DNA of 64,000 nucleotides from a bacterium (GTDB taxonomy: Bacteria > Patescibacteriota > Dojkabacteria > SC72). A program made the position numbers and the translations under genes. Position 1 is the stretch's first letter; the number at the start of each line of letters is the position of its first letter. This document shows, piece after piece, positions 50,775 to 61,316 of this stretch. The stretch covers positions 84,456 through 148,455 of the forward strand of contig JALHDC010000001.1 of NCBI GenBank assembly GCA_022840695.1, in the 5' to 3' direction. The notes beneath the pieces were generated by a model. That model did not search any database and was not told the origin of the DNA. It saw nothing but the letters and a program-made list of their open reading frames with translations.

Positions 50775-52334
50775 ATGTCTAAGATTGATAAAGTCACAAA
50801 AGGGAATGTTGCAAGCACAAAAGACTGTGCTAGACCCCCTATTGTCACTATCTTAGGACATGTAGATCACGGTAAAACAACAATATTAGATAAGATTCGC
50901 GAGAGTAATGTTCAAGGTTGTGAGGCAGGTGGAATTACTCAGAAGGTTTCAGTTTTTACAGTGCAAATTCCGAATGGTAAGCAGATAACATTCGTAGATA
51001 CTCCAGGTCATGAAGCATTTGATTTGATGAGATCTAGGGGTGGTAGTATTGCAGATATAGTTCTTCTTGTAGTAGCAGCAGATGATGGGGTTAAACCTCA
51101 GACTAAGGAATCTATAGAGATAATAAATAATTCAGATGCCAAACCCATTGTTGTCATAAATAAAGTTGATCTTCCAGATATTTCTGTTGAGAAAGTAAAA
51201 AGAGATGTTGTAAATAACGGACTTCAGTTAGAAGGTTTTGGAGGTAGTATTCCAGTGATAGAGGTTTCTGGAAAAACAGGTAAAGGAATTCCTGAATTAT
51301 TAGATATGATCCTTTTGGTTGCTGAGGTTGAAGGAGTACGAAGTGATGATGATATGCCAAAGGGAATTTTAGGAAAAGCATTTGTTTTAGAATCAGTGAA
51401 AGATAAATTCAAAGGCAATATGTCTTCTATTGCTCTGATACAGGGAGTAATATGCCAAGGAAATTGGTTGGGGTATAGAGTAGATGATAAATTTGTAATA
51501 GAGAAGGTTAAGGGAATGATAACAGAAGAAGGTGAGAATCTTTGTATGTTAGATTGTGGATGTGGTGGAAAAATAATTGGTATTTCAAACTTATTGGAAC
51601 TAGGGACTGAGGTATATGTTTTAGAGAATAGAGATCAAGAATTATTGAAATCTTTGTATAAATCTAATAAGGAAAGTGTACTAGAAGAGGATGTTACTCT
51701 TGAAGAGTTCTTCACATTGAATAGTGAAAATTCAGGAGAATGTTTAAATGTTGTTGTTAAGAGTTCTTCTGAAGGGTCTCTTGAAGCTATAAGGAACTCA
51801 TTGGGAAAGATTGAGGAAGACGGATATCGAGTAAATATCGTTGATTCTGGAGTTGGAAATATTGGTTTAAGAGATGCGGAATTAGCTGAGCTTTCCAAGG
51901 CAATACTTCTAGGCTTTGAAGTTGGTATAGAACCTGGTGTTGTAGATTATGCTAAGAAAAAGAGAATATTAGTTAAAACATATGAGATAATATACAAACT
52001 TCTTGAAGAGGTGCAGGAAGCAGTGTCTTTAATGTCTTTGCCTACAAGTAATGAGGAAGAGATAGGTAATGCTACTGTAAGAACACTATTCACATTGTCA
52101 GATGGAACTTTAATACTTGGTTCAAGAGTGGAAAAGGGGTATCTTAAAAAGGATTGTAAGGTTGATATTGTTAGAAATGATGAGATAATTGCGGAAAGTA
52201 AGATTAAGTCATTAAGAATAAACAAAGACTCTGTTAATGAGGTTAAAGCTGGTTTTGATTGTGGAATTCAACTTAATGATTCGTTAGAAATTAAGGAAGG
52301 AGATCAAATATACTGCTATAAGGTTGTTAAATAG
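50775..52334 (+). CDS. infB: Translation initiation factor IF-2 (lacks the long N-terminal domain)
   Basis: RPPIVTILGHVDHGKTT, DTPGHEAF, NKVD, GSLEA, EVK.G.DCG. Confidence 0.97.
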   Translation: MSKIDKVTKGNVASTKDCARPPIVTILGHVDHGKTTILDKIRESNVQGCEAGGITQKVSVFTVQIPNGKQITFVDTPGHEAFDLMRSRGGSIADIVLLVVAADDGVKPQTKESIEIINNSDAKPIVVINKVDLPDISVEKVKRDVVNNGLQLEGFGGSIPVIEVSGKTGKGIPELLDMILLVAEVEGVRSDDDMPKGILGKAFVLESVKDKFKGNMSSIALIQGVICQGNWLGYRVDDKFVIEKVKGMITEEGENLCMLDCGCGGKIIGISNLLELGTEVYVLENRDQELLKSLYKSNKESVLEEDVTLEEFFTLNSENSGECLNVVVKSSSEGSLEAIRNSLGKIEEDGYRVNIVDSGVGNIGLRDAELAELSKAILLGFEVGIEPGVVDYAKKKRILVKTYEIIYKLLEEVQEAVSLMSLPTSNEEEIGNATVRTLFTLSDGTLILGSRVEKGYLKKDCKVDIVRNDEIIAESKIKSLRINKDSVNEVKAGFDCGIQLNDSLEIKEGDQIYCYKVVK

Positions 52335-52343
52335 GTATTATGC

Positions 52344-52372
52344 TTGACAGATGTCCTATAAAATTATACAAT
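52344..52372 (+). promoter_or_regulatory. Sigma70-type promoter of rpsO-pnp
   Basis: TTGACA-17-TACAAT. Confidence 0.8.
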
Positions 52373-52440
52373 ATCCGTTGTTTCCACTTTGTTGGATTCT
52401 CTCTTGATTATGTAATTATATAATGCTAACCTATACTAAT

Positions 52441-52704
52441 ATGTCATTAACCAAGGAAGCAAAGTCTGAGATTGTAGATAAGTTCGCCCTCCACGAGGGT
52501 GATACAGGTTCTCCAGAAGTACAAATTGCACTACTTACTCAACAGATTCTAGATTTGAGTGAACATCTTAAAGATCATAAAAAAGATAATCACTCAAGAA
52601 AAGGTCTTTTGAATATGGTTGGGAAAAGAAGAAGATTAATACAATATTTAAAGAGTAGCGAACCAGAAAGGTATGATACCCTTTCAAAAAAGTTGAAGAT
52701 ATAA
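52441..52704 (+). CDS. rpsO: 30S ribosomal protein S15 (start MSLTKE)
   Basis: [33 protein letters not shown]. Confidence 0.98.
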   Translation: MSLTKEAKSEIVDKFALHEGDTGSPEVQIALLTQQILDLSEHLKDHKKDNHSRKGLLNMVGKRRRLIQYLKSSEPERYDTLSKKLKI

Positions 52705-52803
52705 CAATCTTCAATCCCTCTTTCTTTGTTAAAACTTTCCAATTAAAATAGATAGATTAAAATATCTGTCTGATTTTTAATATAAATTAATAAATATATA
52801 TAA

Positions 52804-54885
52804 ATGTTGTTTAAAGAAATAAAACACGAGTTTGAGATAGAGGGTAGAAAATGTTCCTTTGAAACAGGAAAACTTGCTCTTAGGTCAGAATCATCTATTT
52901 TGGCCAGAATGGGAGATACTGTAATAACAGTTAATGTTAATAGTAAGCCATCATCTGGTGAATTTGATTATTTTCCTCTTTCAGTGGAATATATTGAAAA
53001 GTTCTATGCATCTGGAAAGATAAGTGGATCCAGATTTGTAAAAAGAGAAAGATTCCCTACTGATGATGCAGTACTTAAGGCAAGGATGATAGATAGAGCT
53101 ATAAGACCAAGGTTCCCACATGATTACAAAAATGAAGTAAGTATAATAGTTACAGTTATGTCATACGATGAGGAGAATGATCCTCTTCTTTTGGCTATTA
53201 ACACAGTATCTGTAGCTCTAATGAATTCTAAGTCTCCTTTTGAAGGTCCAATTGCAGGAGTTAGAGTTGGAATGGATGGAGAGAATTTTACTAATATGAT
53301 GAAATCAATGGATTTAACATCTTCCGAGGATAGAATGAACTATGTAGTAGCAGGAGATGGGGAAACTTTTACTATGATAGATGCAGGGGCATATGAGATA
53401 GAGGAAGAAAAAATTCTTGATGGTATGAAGAAGTCTTTGGAATATATGAAGTTTTGGTTAGATGCTCAAAGTGAGTTCTTAGGTAAACTAGAAGCAAAGG
53501 ATAAGGTGTATGAAAAGATCTCTACAGATGAAGAAATCATTGAGAAAGTAAAAGAATTCTTGGGAGAAGAAAGAATTCTTAAAAATCTTCAAGCTTCTGA
53601 TTCTGAAATACATGGCTTAGCTCAGGAGGAATTGTATAAAAAGTTTGAGGGTAAATATTCTAAATCTAGTCTTAATGATGCTTACGATCTACTTCTTAAG
53701 AAAGCTTTAAGAAAGTTGGTACTAGAAGAGGATGTAAGATCTGATGGTAGAAAAATGGATGAAATTAGAGAAATGGCAACTGAAATAGATCTATTACCTA
53801 GGGTACATGGATCTGCACTATTCACAAGAGGTGTTACACAGACATTAACCATAGCTACATTGGGAAGTCTGAAAGATGTTAGATTGGTTGATGATATGGA
53901 GGGAGAAAGAGAGCAAAGATATATGCATTTCTACAATGATCTTCCATTTGCATATGGTGATGCAGATAGGGTTAAATTAATGCCAAGTAGAAGAGCAATA
54001 GGTCACGGTATGTTAGCAGAGAAGGGTCTATGGCCCGTTATTCCTTCAGAGGAAGAATTCCCATACACAATATTAGTAATGAGTGAGATACAAGGTGAAA
54101 ATGGTTCTAGCTCTATGGCCTCTGCATGTGGTTCTACAATGTCTTTGATGGCGGCAGGAGTCCCTCTTAAGAAAGCAGTTGGTGGTATAGCATGTGGTTT
54201 AGTTACTGGTGAGAATGGAGAATTTAAAGTATTAACTGATATGCAAGGTGTAGAGGATTTCTATGGTGATATGGATTTCAAAATCTTAGGCACCAAAGAT
54301 GGTGTTACAGCTGTTCAGATGGATACTAAAACTAAAGGTTTAGCTATGGATATCGTTGAACAAACATTTAAACAATCTAAAGAAGCTAGATTAAAGATTT
54401 TAGAAAAGATGGCAGAAGCTATAGCTGAACCTAGAACCACTATGTCTAAATATGCTCCTAGAGTTGTACAGGTAAAGGTTCCTAAGGACAAGATAGGGGA
54501 AATAATCGGTCCAGGAGGTAAAAATATCCGAGAAATATCTGAAAGGACAGAAGCTGAGATAGAGATAGAGGAAGATGGTACAGTAAATATATATAGCTCC
54601 TCAGAAGAGTCTATAGAAATGGCAAAGAAATTAATCTCTGGATATGATTTTAAGGCTGAAGTAGGGGAAATATATGAAGGTAAAGTCGCTTCTATTATGA
54701 CCTATGGAGCTTTCGTAGATTTAGCACCAGGAGTTGCTGGACTACTTCATGTATCCGAGATAGCAGATGAATTTGTAAAGGATGTAAGAAAATATGTTAA
54801 TGAAGGAGATATCATAAAGGTAAAGGTAGTAGGGATAGATGGACAGGGAAAGATAAAATTGAGTATTAAGGGGTTAGAGAAATAG
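52804..54885 (+). CDS. pnp: Polyribonucleotide nucleotidyltransferase
   Basis: R.DGR, HGSALFTRG.TQ, NGSSSMAS, ED..GDMDFK, KH and S1 domains. Confidence 0.98.
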   Translation: MLFKEIKHEFEIEGRKCSFETGKLALRSESSILARMGDTVITVNVNSKPSSGEFDYFPLSVEYIEKFYASGKISGSRFVKRERFPTDDAVLKARMIDRAIRPRFPHDYKNEVSIIVTVMSYDEENDPLLLAINTVSVALMNSKSPFEGPIAGVRVGMDGENFTNMMKSMDLTSSEDRMNYVVAGDGETFTMIDAGAYEIEEEKILDGMKKSLEYMKFWLDAQSEFLGKLEAKDKVYEKISTDEEIIEKVKEFLGEERILKNLQASDSEIHGLAQEELYKKFEGKYSKSSLNDAYDLLLKKALRKLVLEEDVRSDGRKMDEIREMATEIDLLPRVHGSALFTRGVTQTLTIATLGSLKDVRLVDDMEGEREQRYMHFYNDLPFAYGDADRVKLMPSRRAIGHGMLAEKGLWPVIPSEEEFPYTILVMSEIQGENGSSSMASACGSTMSLMAAGVPLKKAVGGIACGLVTGENGEFKVLTDMQGVEDFYGDMDFKILGTKDGVTAVQMDTKTKGLAMDIVEQTFKQSKEARLKILEKMAEAIAEPRTTMSKYAPRVVQVKVPKDKIGEIIGPGGKNIREISERTEAEIEIEEDGTVNIYSSSEESIEMAKKLISGYDFKAEVGEIYEGKVASIMTYGAFVDLAPGVAGLLHVSEIADEFVKDVRKYVNEGDIIKVKVVGIDGQGKIKLSIKGLEK

Positions 54886-54889
54886 TTCT

Positions 54890-55888
54890 CTACTCCTTGA
54901 ATATCTTGGCAATATAAAAGCCCATCATTTTGCTTGATGGTATTATTCTAATACTCTTTTTAACAGATGGATCATATGTATTACCACTCCACTTTGTAAT
55001 ACCATCTACCATATTCTCATCTCTCTTAATATCTATCTCCTCTAATCTCGCATTGGGATATTTTTCTAAAAGATATGTAATAACTCCTTCATTTTCCTCA
55101 GGTTCTAATGTACATGTAGAATAGATCATATATTTACCATGCTTAAGAGTTAGAAATGCACTCTCAAGTAATTCTTTCTGTAAGAATGTATACCTCTTTA
55201 TCCTATCTATACCCCAAAATCTAAGTGGTTTTGGACCTCTTAAATATATTAAACCCTCTCCACTACATGGTGCATCAAGTAGTACTTTGTCAAAAGTAGT
55301 TGGATATTTCTTTCCAAAATCCTTTGCATCACTTAATGTCACTTTACAATTCTTAACTCCAAACTGTTCTAAAACATTCTTTAATGCAGATACCCTAGAT
55401 ATTTCCGAATCATTAGCAACAATCTCTCCCTTGTTATTCATAAGAGCAGCTAAATGAGTTGTCTTACTCCCTGGTGCAGCACACATATCCAAGATTCTTT
55501 CATCCTCTTTAGGATCTAGCAGAAGGGAAGGAAGCATACTTGAAAGATTCTGTATGTAAAATTTCCCATCCTCATACTCATAGGTTTGCGATATTTCACT
55601 CTTATCTTTATTTAATACAAAATATGCATTCTCTACTAAATCTATCTTTCTTAAATCATAATCCTTTCTCTCTAGAGTATTCTTAATCTTAGACACATTA
55701 CCTTTTAATGGATTTAACCTAATTGTACTTATAGCTCTTTGTGAAAACAGTGGTACTATTCTAGGTTTAGGAAACATTAAAATACTTGCCATTCTAGATA
55801 CAAATATATTTTCTTTTGTAAAAAACTTTTGTGGCTTATTAAAATTCTTCTTCCTAGATTGTTTGTAATTTGATCTTGTTTTTTTCAC
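54890..55888 (-). CDS. RsmB/RsmF/NOP2-family RNA m5C methyltransferase (GTG start)
   Basis: LDMCAAPGSKT, VLLDAPCSG, YSTCT...EENE. Confidence 0.93.
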   Translation of the reverse strand: MKKTRSNYKQSRKKNFNKPQKFFTKENIFVSRMASILMFPKPRIVPLFSQRAISTIRLNPLKGNVSKIKNTLERKDYDLRKIDLVENAYFVLNKDKSEISQTYEYEDGKFYIQNLSSMLPSLLLDPKEDERILDMCAAPGSKTTHLAALMNNKGEIVANDSEISRVSALKNVLEQFGVKNCKVTLSDAKDFGKKYPTTFDKVLLDAPCSGEGLIYLRGPKPLRFWGIDRIKRYTFLQKELLESAFLTLKHGKYMIYSTCTLEPEENEGVITYLLEKYPNARLEEIDIKRDENMVDGITKWSGNTYDPSVKKSIRIIPSSKMMGFYIAKIFKE

Positions 55889-56625
55889 TATATCTCTCCT
55901 TTTAAATATTTAACTATACTCCCAATTACTAATCCTGTGGTTTCTGTCCTTAAGATGTTACCTTTTAATTTAACAAATTGAAAACCTAATTCTTTAAATA
56001 CAGATATATCTGAAGAACTCCATCCTTTTTCAGGGCCAATAGCTATGTATATTGGTTTAGATATCTCTGTGTTTTTTAAAATATCGTTTAAATATTTAGA
56101 TTCCACAGATTCAGTAGCTAGACATATCTTTATACATTCATCTGGGAATATATATTCCTCCAACTCATCTATTCTAATTGGCCTTTCTATGATTGTAGGG
56201 AATATGTTTCTAGATTGTTCTACAGCATCTCTTACTAACTTGTTCCAATGGCCTGTATCTTTAATAGCCTTGGATTTTGTTTTAAGTGAGTATTTAGATT
56301 GTATTGGTATTATTTTCTCTATACCAATCTCTACACTCTTCTCCAAAAAATAGTCAAATTTACTCTCATTACTCAATGCCTGTATTATGGCTATACTAGG
56401 TACATACTCAGATTCTCTTTCCCCTTTTTCCTCAATGATTTGTATCTCTACACTTCCTTTGGCTATATCTGATATTTGACCATAGAAGATCTTTTCATAT
56501 GTCTCTATTTCTACAACATCCTCTATATCCAATATCCCTTCCTTAATTACCAATTCACTATCTGAATCTGAAAGATATGTAATATCATCTACTTTTAATT
56601 TGTGTCTAACAAAGAATTTTTGCAT
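55888..56625 (-). CDS. rsmE: 16S rRNA m3U1498 methyltransferase
   Basis: EK.VEIG, A.EQS.., IGPEKG.S, L...ILRTET. Confidence 0.92.
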   Translation of the reverse strand: MQKFFVRHKLKVDDITYLSDSDSELVIKEGILDIEDVVEIETYEKIFYGQISDIAKGSVEIQIIEEKGERESEYVPSIAIIQALSNESKFDYFLEKSVEIGIEKIIPIQSKYSLKTKSKAIKDTGHWNKLVRDAVEQSRNIFPTIIERPIRIDELEEYIFPDECIKICLATESVESKYLNDILKNTEISKPIYIAIGPEKGWSSSDISVFKELGFQFVKLKGNILRTETTGLVIGSIVKYLKGEI

Positions 56626-56709
56626 TAGTGATTATATCATTATATTTGACATATTAAGAAAAAAACGATTATATATACATAGGGAGTATTAAATTTTAAA
56701 CTGTCTGTC

Positions 56710-59700
56710 ATGAGTATAAAAACTATTAAATTATTTAGAACCATATCTAAAATATTTCTAATATTGATAGGGGTTGGTTTAGTTGGATACCTAGGTTATT
56801 TAGGCTATATTTCCTACAAGTTTCCTCCATACAAAGTTACAGTTTCAAATATAACAGATAGTTCATTTACCGTATCTTGGGTTACAGATGTCCCGACAAG
56901 GGGTTATGTGTATTACAAAGAGAAGGATAGTTTTTTGCCGGGGCTATTGGGTTGGATAAATAGTGGTGTAGCATATGATGATAGGGATTGGGCATATAAT
57001 CAGAGTGTTTGTGTAAATGAGTTTAATGCTAATTCAGAGGTAGATGATACTTTTACGGTAGTTAATTCGGATAATTTTGATTGTGAGGATATAAAAGTTA
57101 AAAATATTGAAAGTTTCTATACTCACCATGTTACATTAAAGAATTTAGATGCTGAGAAAGAGTATTACTTCAGAGTAGGGAATGGGTTTTGGGGGTGGAA
57201 GACAGAGGAGTATAGTTCTAGTACATTTTCCTTATTAACCGATATTCTTGAACCTGCTCCTGTGTTTGGCAGAGTTGTTATTACAGACGACTTGACTTCT
57301 TATGATTCTATAATATATGGAAAGTTTTTGAATTATGGTAATGAAAAAGAATCTGTTTTGTATTCTTCTGTTACAAATGATGATGGAGGATGGTATCTCG
57401 ATGCTTCTGGTGCTAGAGATGAAGAAGGTGAGTTAGTAGATCTGGAAAGGGGAGAGGATATGTTTCGTGTTGTTGCCCAAATTCTTAATTTGCCTTTAAG
57501 TAGTTCATATGAATGGATATTTGAATCTTTGGATGGTGCATATCCAGATATCATCCTTGAAGAAGATTTTGATATAGTTATAGAAGAGGGAGTAAAGGGT
57601 GTTGCTGATTCGAATATTCCTGATGAAGGTGGGGAAGTATTAAGCATCTGGGATTTTGTTCTCCCTGCTCCTATACAAACTATAGTGAATACGGTTAAAA
57701 GTACAGTGACAGGTATCAAAGCGGTAGCAAATACAGTATCTAGTATTGTAAACAAATCTCCTGCCGCCTCAACAGCAGCTACCACTCCAACTTATCAGAG
57801 CTTAACTCCAACAGTAAAAAGTAGTACTGTTGGTCTTGGTACTGTCCAGGCTACAGTAACCCACAAATCTACTCCTTTAGGAACGGCACCTACTTCACCT
57901 TCATTCACGACTCCACAAATTTCTTTATCTTCAATTCCATCACTTTCCAACAACAATCTGACATCGAGTACACAAAATCAAACTACAAATAAGACATTAA
58001 CAGCAGAAGATATTAACAAGCTTTCTGACCAAGAAGTAAGAGCTGAAATATGTCCTTCATGTCCATCTTATGTCACGGCTAAACAAATAAGGGAAATAGC
58101 TACCAGTAATGATACAGCCTTTATAGCTGGAATGACTAAAGTTATTGGGGCTGGAAATGTTGGAAGAATTGTAGCTGGAACTAGTGAGAATGGAGTTCTT
58201 GGTATTCCAGAATTACAAAAGATGGGGCTTCCAACAAATAATGCAACCGCTATAGTTGGTAATTTAAATGCTCTATCTCGATGTAATGGTCCTCAGGGAA
58301 GTGAAAATGCATGTATGAAGGCTGAGAAAGTTCAGGAGATGCTAGATAACCAGGATTGGGATTCATTAGCTACATTGGGTATACAAATAGATAAGAATAA
58401 AACCTATAACGATGGATCCCTTTGGACAAATCCTAGAAATATAAAAGTTGAAACAAAATTTACTCCTCCTGATGTCGTTGTCCCTACTGGAATAGTAACT
58501 CATGCACAGGTTAGAGCAAAACAAGATAAAGTTGAGGATAAGACAAAAGGTTTGATATTCAGTAATGCCGAATGGGTTGGCCCACTAAGATTTTCTTCAG
58601 AATTTGGAGCTCCAGATACCTTAAAATTAGAGATTACTAATTCGAAAGATCAACAGGAAGTTCCCGATCTTGTTTATAATAGTGCAACTGGAAAATATGA
58701 AATGGGTAGTATTAAGGGGATTGGGCAATACATGGCTGCTTCCTTCTTTGAAACTCCTAGAGGAATTTTAGAATATATGAATGAGGGAAAGTTGAAGATC
58801 CCAGGATTTAGATTTGGTCCGTTGTCATTACTTAATCCTAGAATAGAAGAAACCGAAGAAGGATCTTCATTTTCCCTTAATATTAAAGCTCCTGTGGGTT
58901 TGATAGAGGTTGGTAATGAAGGAATGTTAGGAATTATTGTTGATACGATATTAAAAAATACTACTCCACAGGAAAACCCACATTTGGAAAATGTAGAAGT
59001 AAAGGGTGCTACAGATCAAGAAGCTTTAGAGATGATGACACAATTATGTTTTAAAGTAAGTGAAACAGGTTGTTCTACCGGTATTAATATTATTCCAATA
59101 AAAATAGATTCCACAGATTCCAATTCTTTGGAATCTTTATTAGGAAGATTTAGATTTAAAGCATATGCTGAAGTCACAGAGAATGACGATTTCCTGTATT
59201 ACGCATCAGAGGATGGAATATTTGATCTCTCGGTTAATGGGATAAAAGTTTCTGAAGATATGAATATTGCAAGTAACGATCTAATTATGCTGTATGTTGA
59301 AGGTAATGGACAGGAAGGGTTTCAAGCACCTAAGGATTGGTTGGATCCTAAAGATGGGGAGGATAGGATAGTATCTACTTCTTCTGTTGCTATAGAGACT
59401 GAGAAGAAATCTTCTGACATGACTATTGAGTTGAAAGAGGGAATTAACATAATAGGAGTTGATGCAATGCCTATAAGTACAGGAAATGAGATTTTGACAG
59501 CTAGAAAATTGGTAGGATTGTATCCTGATGATATACAATTTGTAGCGGAATATTCTGCTGGTAGATGGAGTAATATCGTAAGAGCTGATATAGATAGCTC
59601 TAATGGAATGGATTTCCCGATTATTCCAGGAAAGGGATATCTAATTTCTTCAAACTATGATATCGATATAAAAATTCCAGTAAAAAAATTAGTAAATTCT

Positions 59701-60027
59701 GTTCCTTTGTATTTGTCAGCGGGTTGGAACCTAGTCGGAATACACGGCTATACCAAGGCCTTTACTGCAAGATCTTTAATTGATTCCATAAATGGGGTTG
59801 AAGGTTTAACTGCAGATAATGTCTCATGGTGGCCCACTTCCAAGGGAAAGTATGAAGGCTTACAAGTTACTGCTGGGACATCATATGGTTTAGATTTTCC
59901 AATAAGTCCTAAGAATGGATATTTTGTTAGAATAAATAAATTTGAGCCTTCTTCTTCAGATTGTAATTCCATAATATGGCAAGAAGGAGCTGATGCTCAT
60001 GGAAAGTGTGGAACCAATAATTTATAA
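56710..60027 (+). CDS. Large TM-anchored surface protein (FN3-like domain, S/T/P linker, unique centre, GWNL-type C-terminal repeats)
   Basis: N-terminal TM; SNIT..SFTVSWVTD...THHVTL..L.....YYFRV; L..GINII and LSAGWNLVG repeats. Confidence 0.75.
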   Translation: MSIKTIKLFRTISKIFLILIGVGLVGYLGYLGYISYKFPPYKVTVSNITDSSFTVSWVTDVPTRGYVYYKEKDSFLPGLLGWINSGVAYDDRDWAYNQSVCVNEFNANSEVDDTFTVVNSDNFDCEDIKVKNIESFYTHHVTLKNLDAEKEYYFRVGNGFWGWKTEEYSSSTFSLLTDILEPAPVFGRVVITDDLTSYDSIIYGKFLNYGNEKESVLYSSVTNDDGGWYLDASGARDEEGELVDLERGEDMFRVVAQILNLPLSSSYEWIFESLDGAYPDIILEEDFDIVIEEGVKGVADSNIPDEGGEVLSIWDFVLPAPIQTIVNTVKSTVTGIKAVANTVSSIVNKSPAASTAATTPTYQSLTPTVKSSTVGLGTVQATVTHKSTPLGTAPTSPSFTTPQISLSSIPSLSNNNLTSSTQNQTTNKTLTAEDINKLSDQEVRAEICPSCPSYVTAKQIREIATSNDTAFIAGMTKVIGAGNVGRIVAGTSENGVLGIPELQKMGLPTNNATAIVGNLNALSRCNGPQGSENACMKAEKVQEMLDNQDWDSLATLGIQIDKNKTYNDGSLWTNPRNIKVETKFTPPDVVVPTGIVTHAQVRAKQDKVEDKTKGLIFSNAEWVGPLRFSSEFGAPDTLKLEITNSKDQQEVPDLVYNSATGKYEMGSIKGIGQYMAASFFETPRGILEYMNEGKLKIPGFRFGPLSLLNPRIEETEEGSSFSLNIKAPVGLIEVGNEGMLGIIVDTILKNTTPQENPHLENVEVKGATDQEALEMMTQLCFKVSETGCSTGINIIPIKIDSTDSNSLESLLGRFRFKAYAEVTENDDFLYYASEDGIFDLSVNGIKVSEDMNIASNDLIMLYVEGNGQEGFQAPKDWLDPKDGEDRIVSTSSVAIETEKKSSDMTIELKEGINIIGVDAMPISTGNEILTARKLVGLYPDDIQFVAEYSAGRWSNIVRADIDSSNGMDFPIIPGKGYLISSNYDIDIKIPVKKLVNSVPLYLSAGWNLVGIHGYTKAFTARSLIDSINGVEGLTADNVSWWPTSKGKYEGLQVTAGTSYGLDFPISPKNGYFVRINKFEPSSSDCNSIIWQEGADAHGKCGTNNL

Positions 60028-60039
60028 AACCTAAATACT

Positions 60040-60354
60040 ATGTCAGAAATACCACCAATATATTGGATGATTATAATAAGCTTTGTAACCTTTATGATAT
60101 GTCTAGTACTGTATTATTTTGCTATGCTAATTAAAGAATCTAAAGATGCTGTAGCTGATTCTAGGAAATTAATACAAAATACAGAAGAAATACTTAAACA
60201 AACTACATTGATTGTAAATGATGTACAAGAAAGTATCTCTACTCTAAAAGGTACAGTATTTCAGATAAATGAGGCTATACTTCTTCCAATTAGAAAAATA
60301 GGTAATACCATATCAATTGTAGGAGACTTCTTCACTGGTCTTAAGAAAAGTTAA
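60040..60354 (+). CDS. Small TM plus coiled-coil protein (DUF948/YoxC-like)
   Basis: N-terminal TM followed by a heptad-like amphipathic helix. Confidence 0.65.
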   Translation: MSEIPPIYWMIIISFVTFMICLVLYYFAMLIKESKDAVADSRKLIQNTEEILKQTTLIVNDVQESISTLKGTVFQINEAILLPIRKIGNTISIVGDFFTGLKKS

Positions 60355-60356
60355 TA

Positions 60357-61187
60357 TTAGGATCCTAAATATTTTCTATCATTAAAGCTTAAAGTAGCTA
60401 GCTGCTTCTTCGCAATTCCATTTAGTTTAAGCAATCTCTTCTTTTGAGAAATATTTTCCTCAATCATATTAGCATTCAAATTCTCTAAATTAATCATAAC
60501 TACGAGTTGTAATATCGAAGCATAATCCCCTATATTTCCACCTAACTTTGGATTCTTCTTTCTCCATTCTTTAGCTGTCATACCAAATAGTGCAACATTT
60601 AATACATCGGCTTCATTTGCATATACAAATTTCTTTTGTTTATCCGTTAGTGTAGGTACTATATTTTCTTTAATTGCATCAGTATGAATTCTATAATTAG
60701 TACTTGCTAATACTCTTCTTACAGACCATTCAATATGGTTTTGATATGCTTCACTAATCCTTAGTCTCTCAAACTCTTTTATTAAATACAGTTTAAATTC
60801 GGGACTCAACCAACTAGCAAACTCAAAAGCTATGTCTGGATGTGCAAATGTACCTATGCTATATTTCCCAGCACTCGTTCTTATCCCAATTGAATTAGTA
60901 CGTTTCTCCCATTGGCTTACGGACATATAGAATCTGCTTGTGCTGTACTCATTTTTAATTTGGTGTAATTCCCCCAAATTAAATTTGGGATTATTTAATT
61001 GTTCCCACAGTCCTATATACTCAATTGTTTTAATTCTTCTTATCCAATCTTTTATTACAAATGAGGGATCTGTTGGATTTTGATATTTAGCCAAATCAGT
61101 TAAAGATATATAGTCAATATCATTGACTCTTAAAATCCTTATCTCCTTCTCTTTTACATTAATTACTGTTGATATATCTTTCTTCAT
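60357..61187 (-). CDS. KilA-N domain DNA-binding protein (start moved to MKKDIS)
   Basis: YISLTDLAK, T.EY.GLWE...NP.F, GT.AH.DIAFEFASWLSPEFKLYLIKEF.RL, NYRIHTDAIK; TATAAT 6 nt before ATG. Confidence 0.9.
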   Translation of the reverse strand: MKKDISTVINVKEKEIRILRVNDIDYISLTDLAKYQNPTDPSFVIKDWIRRIKTIEYIGLWEQLNNPKFNLGELHQIKNEYSTSRFYMSVSQWEKRTNSIGIRTSAGKYSIGTFAHPDIAFEFASWLSPEFKLYLIKEFERLRISEAYQNHIEWSVRRVLASTNYRIHTDAIKENIVPTLTDKQKKFVYANEADVLNVALFGMTAKEWRKKNPKLGGNIGDYASILQLVVMINLENLNANMIEENISQKKRLLKLNGIAKKQLATLSFNDRKYLGS

Positions 61188-61316
61188 ACACCCATTATAT
61201 TGGAAAGAGTAAAACACATCTATATCAAGCATCACCAATTTAATGTAATTTTAATATTCCATTAGTTATCTACACACAATTGTCTTCTTACAATTTTACA
61301 GGTATCATAATGATTA

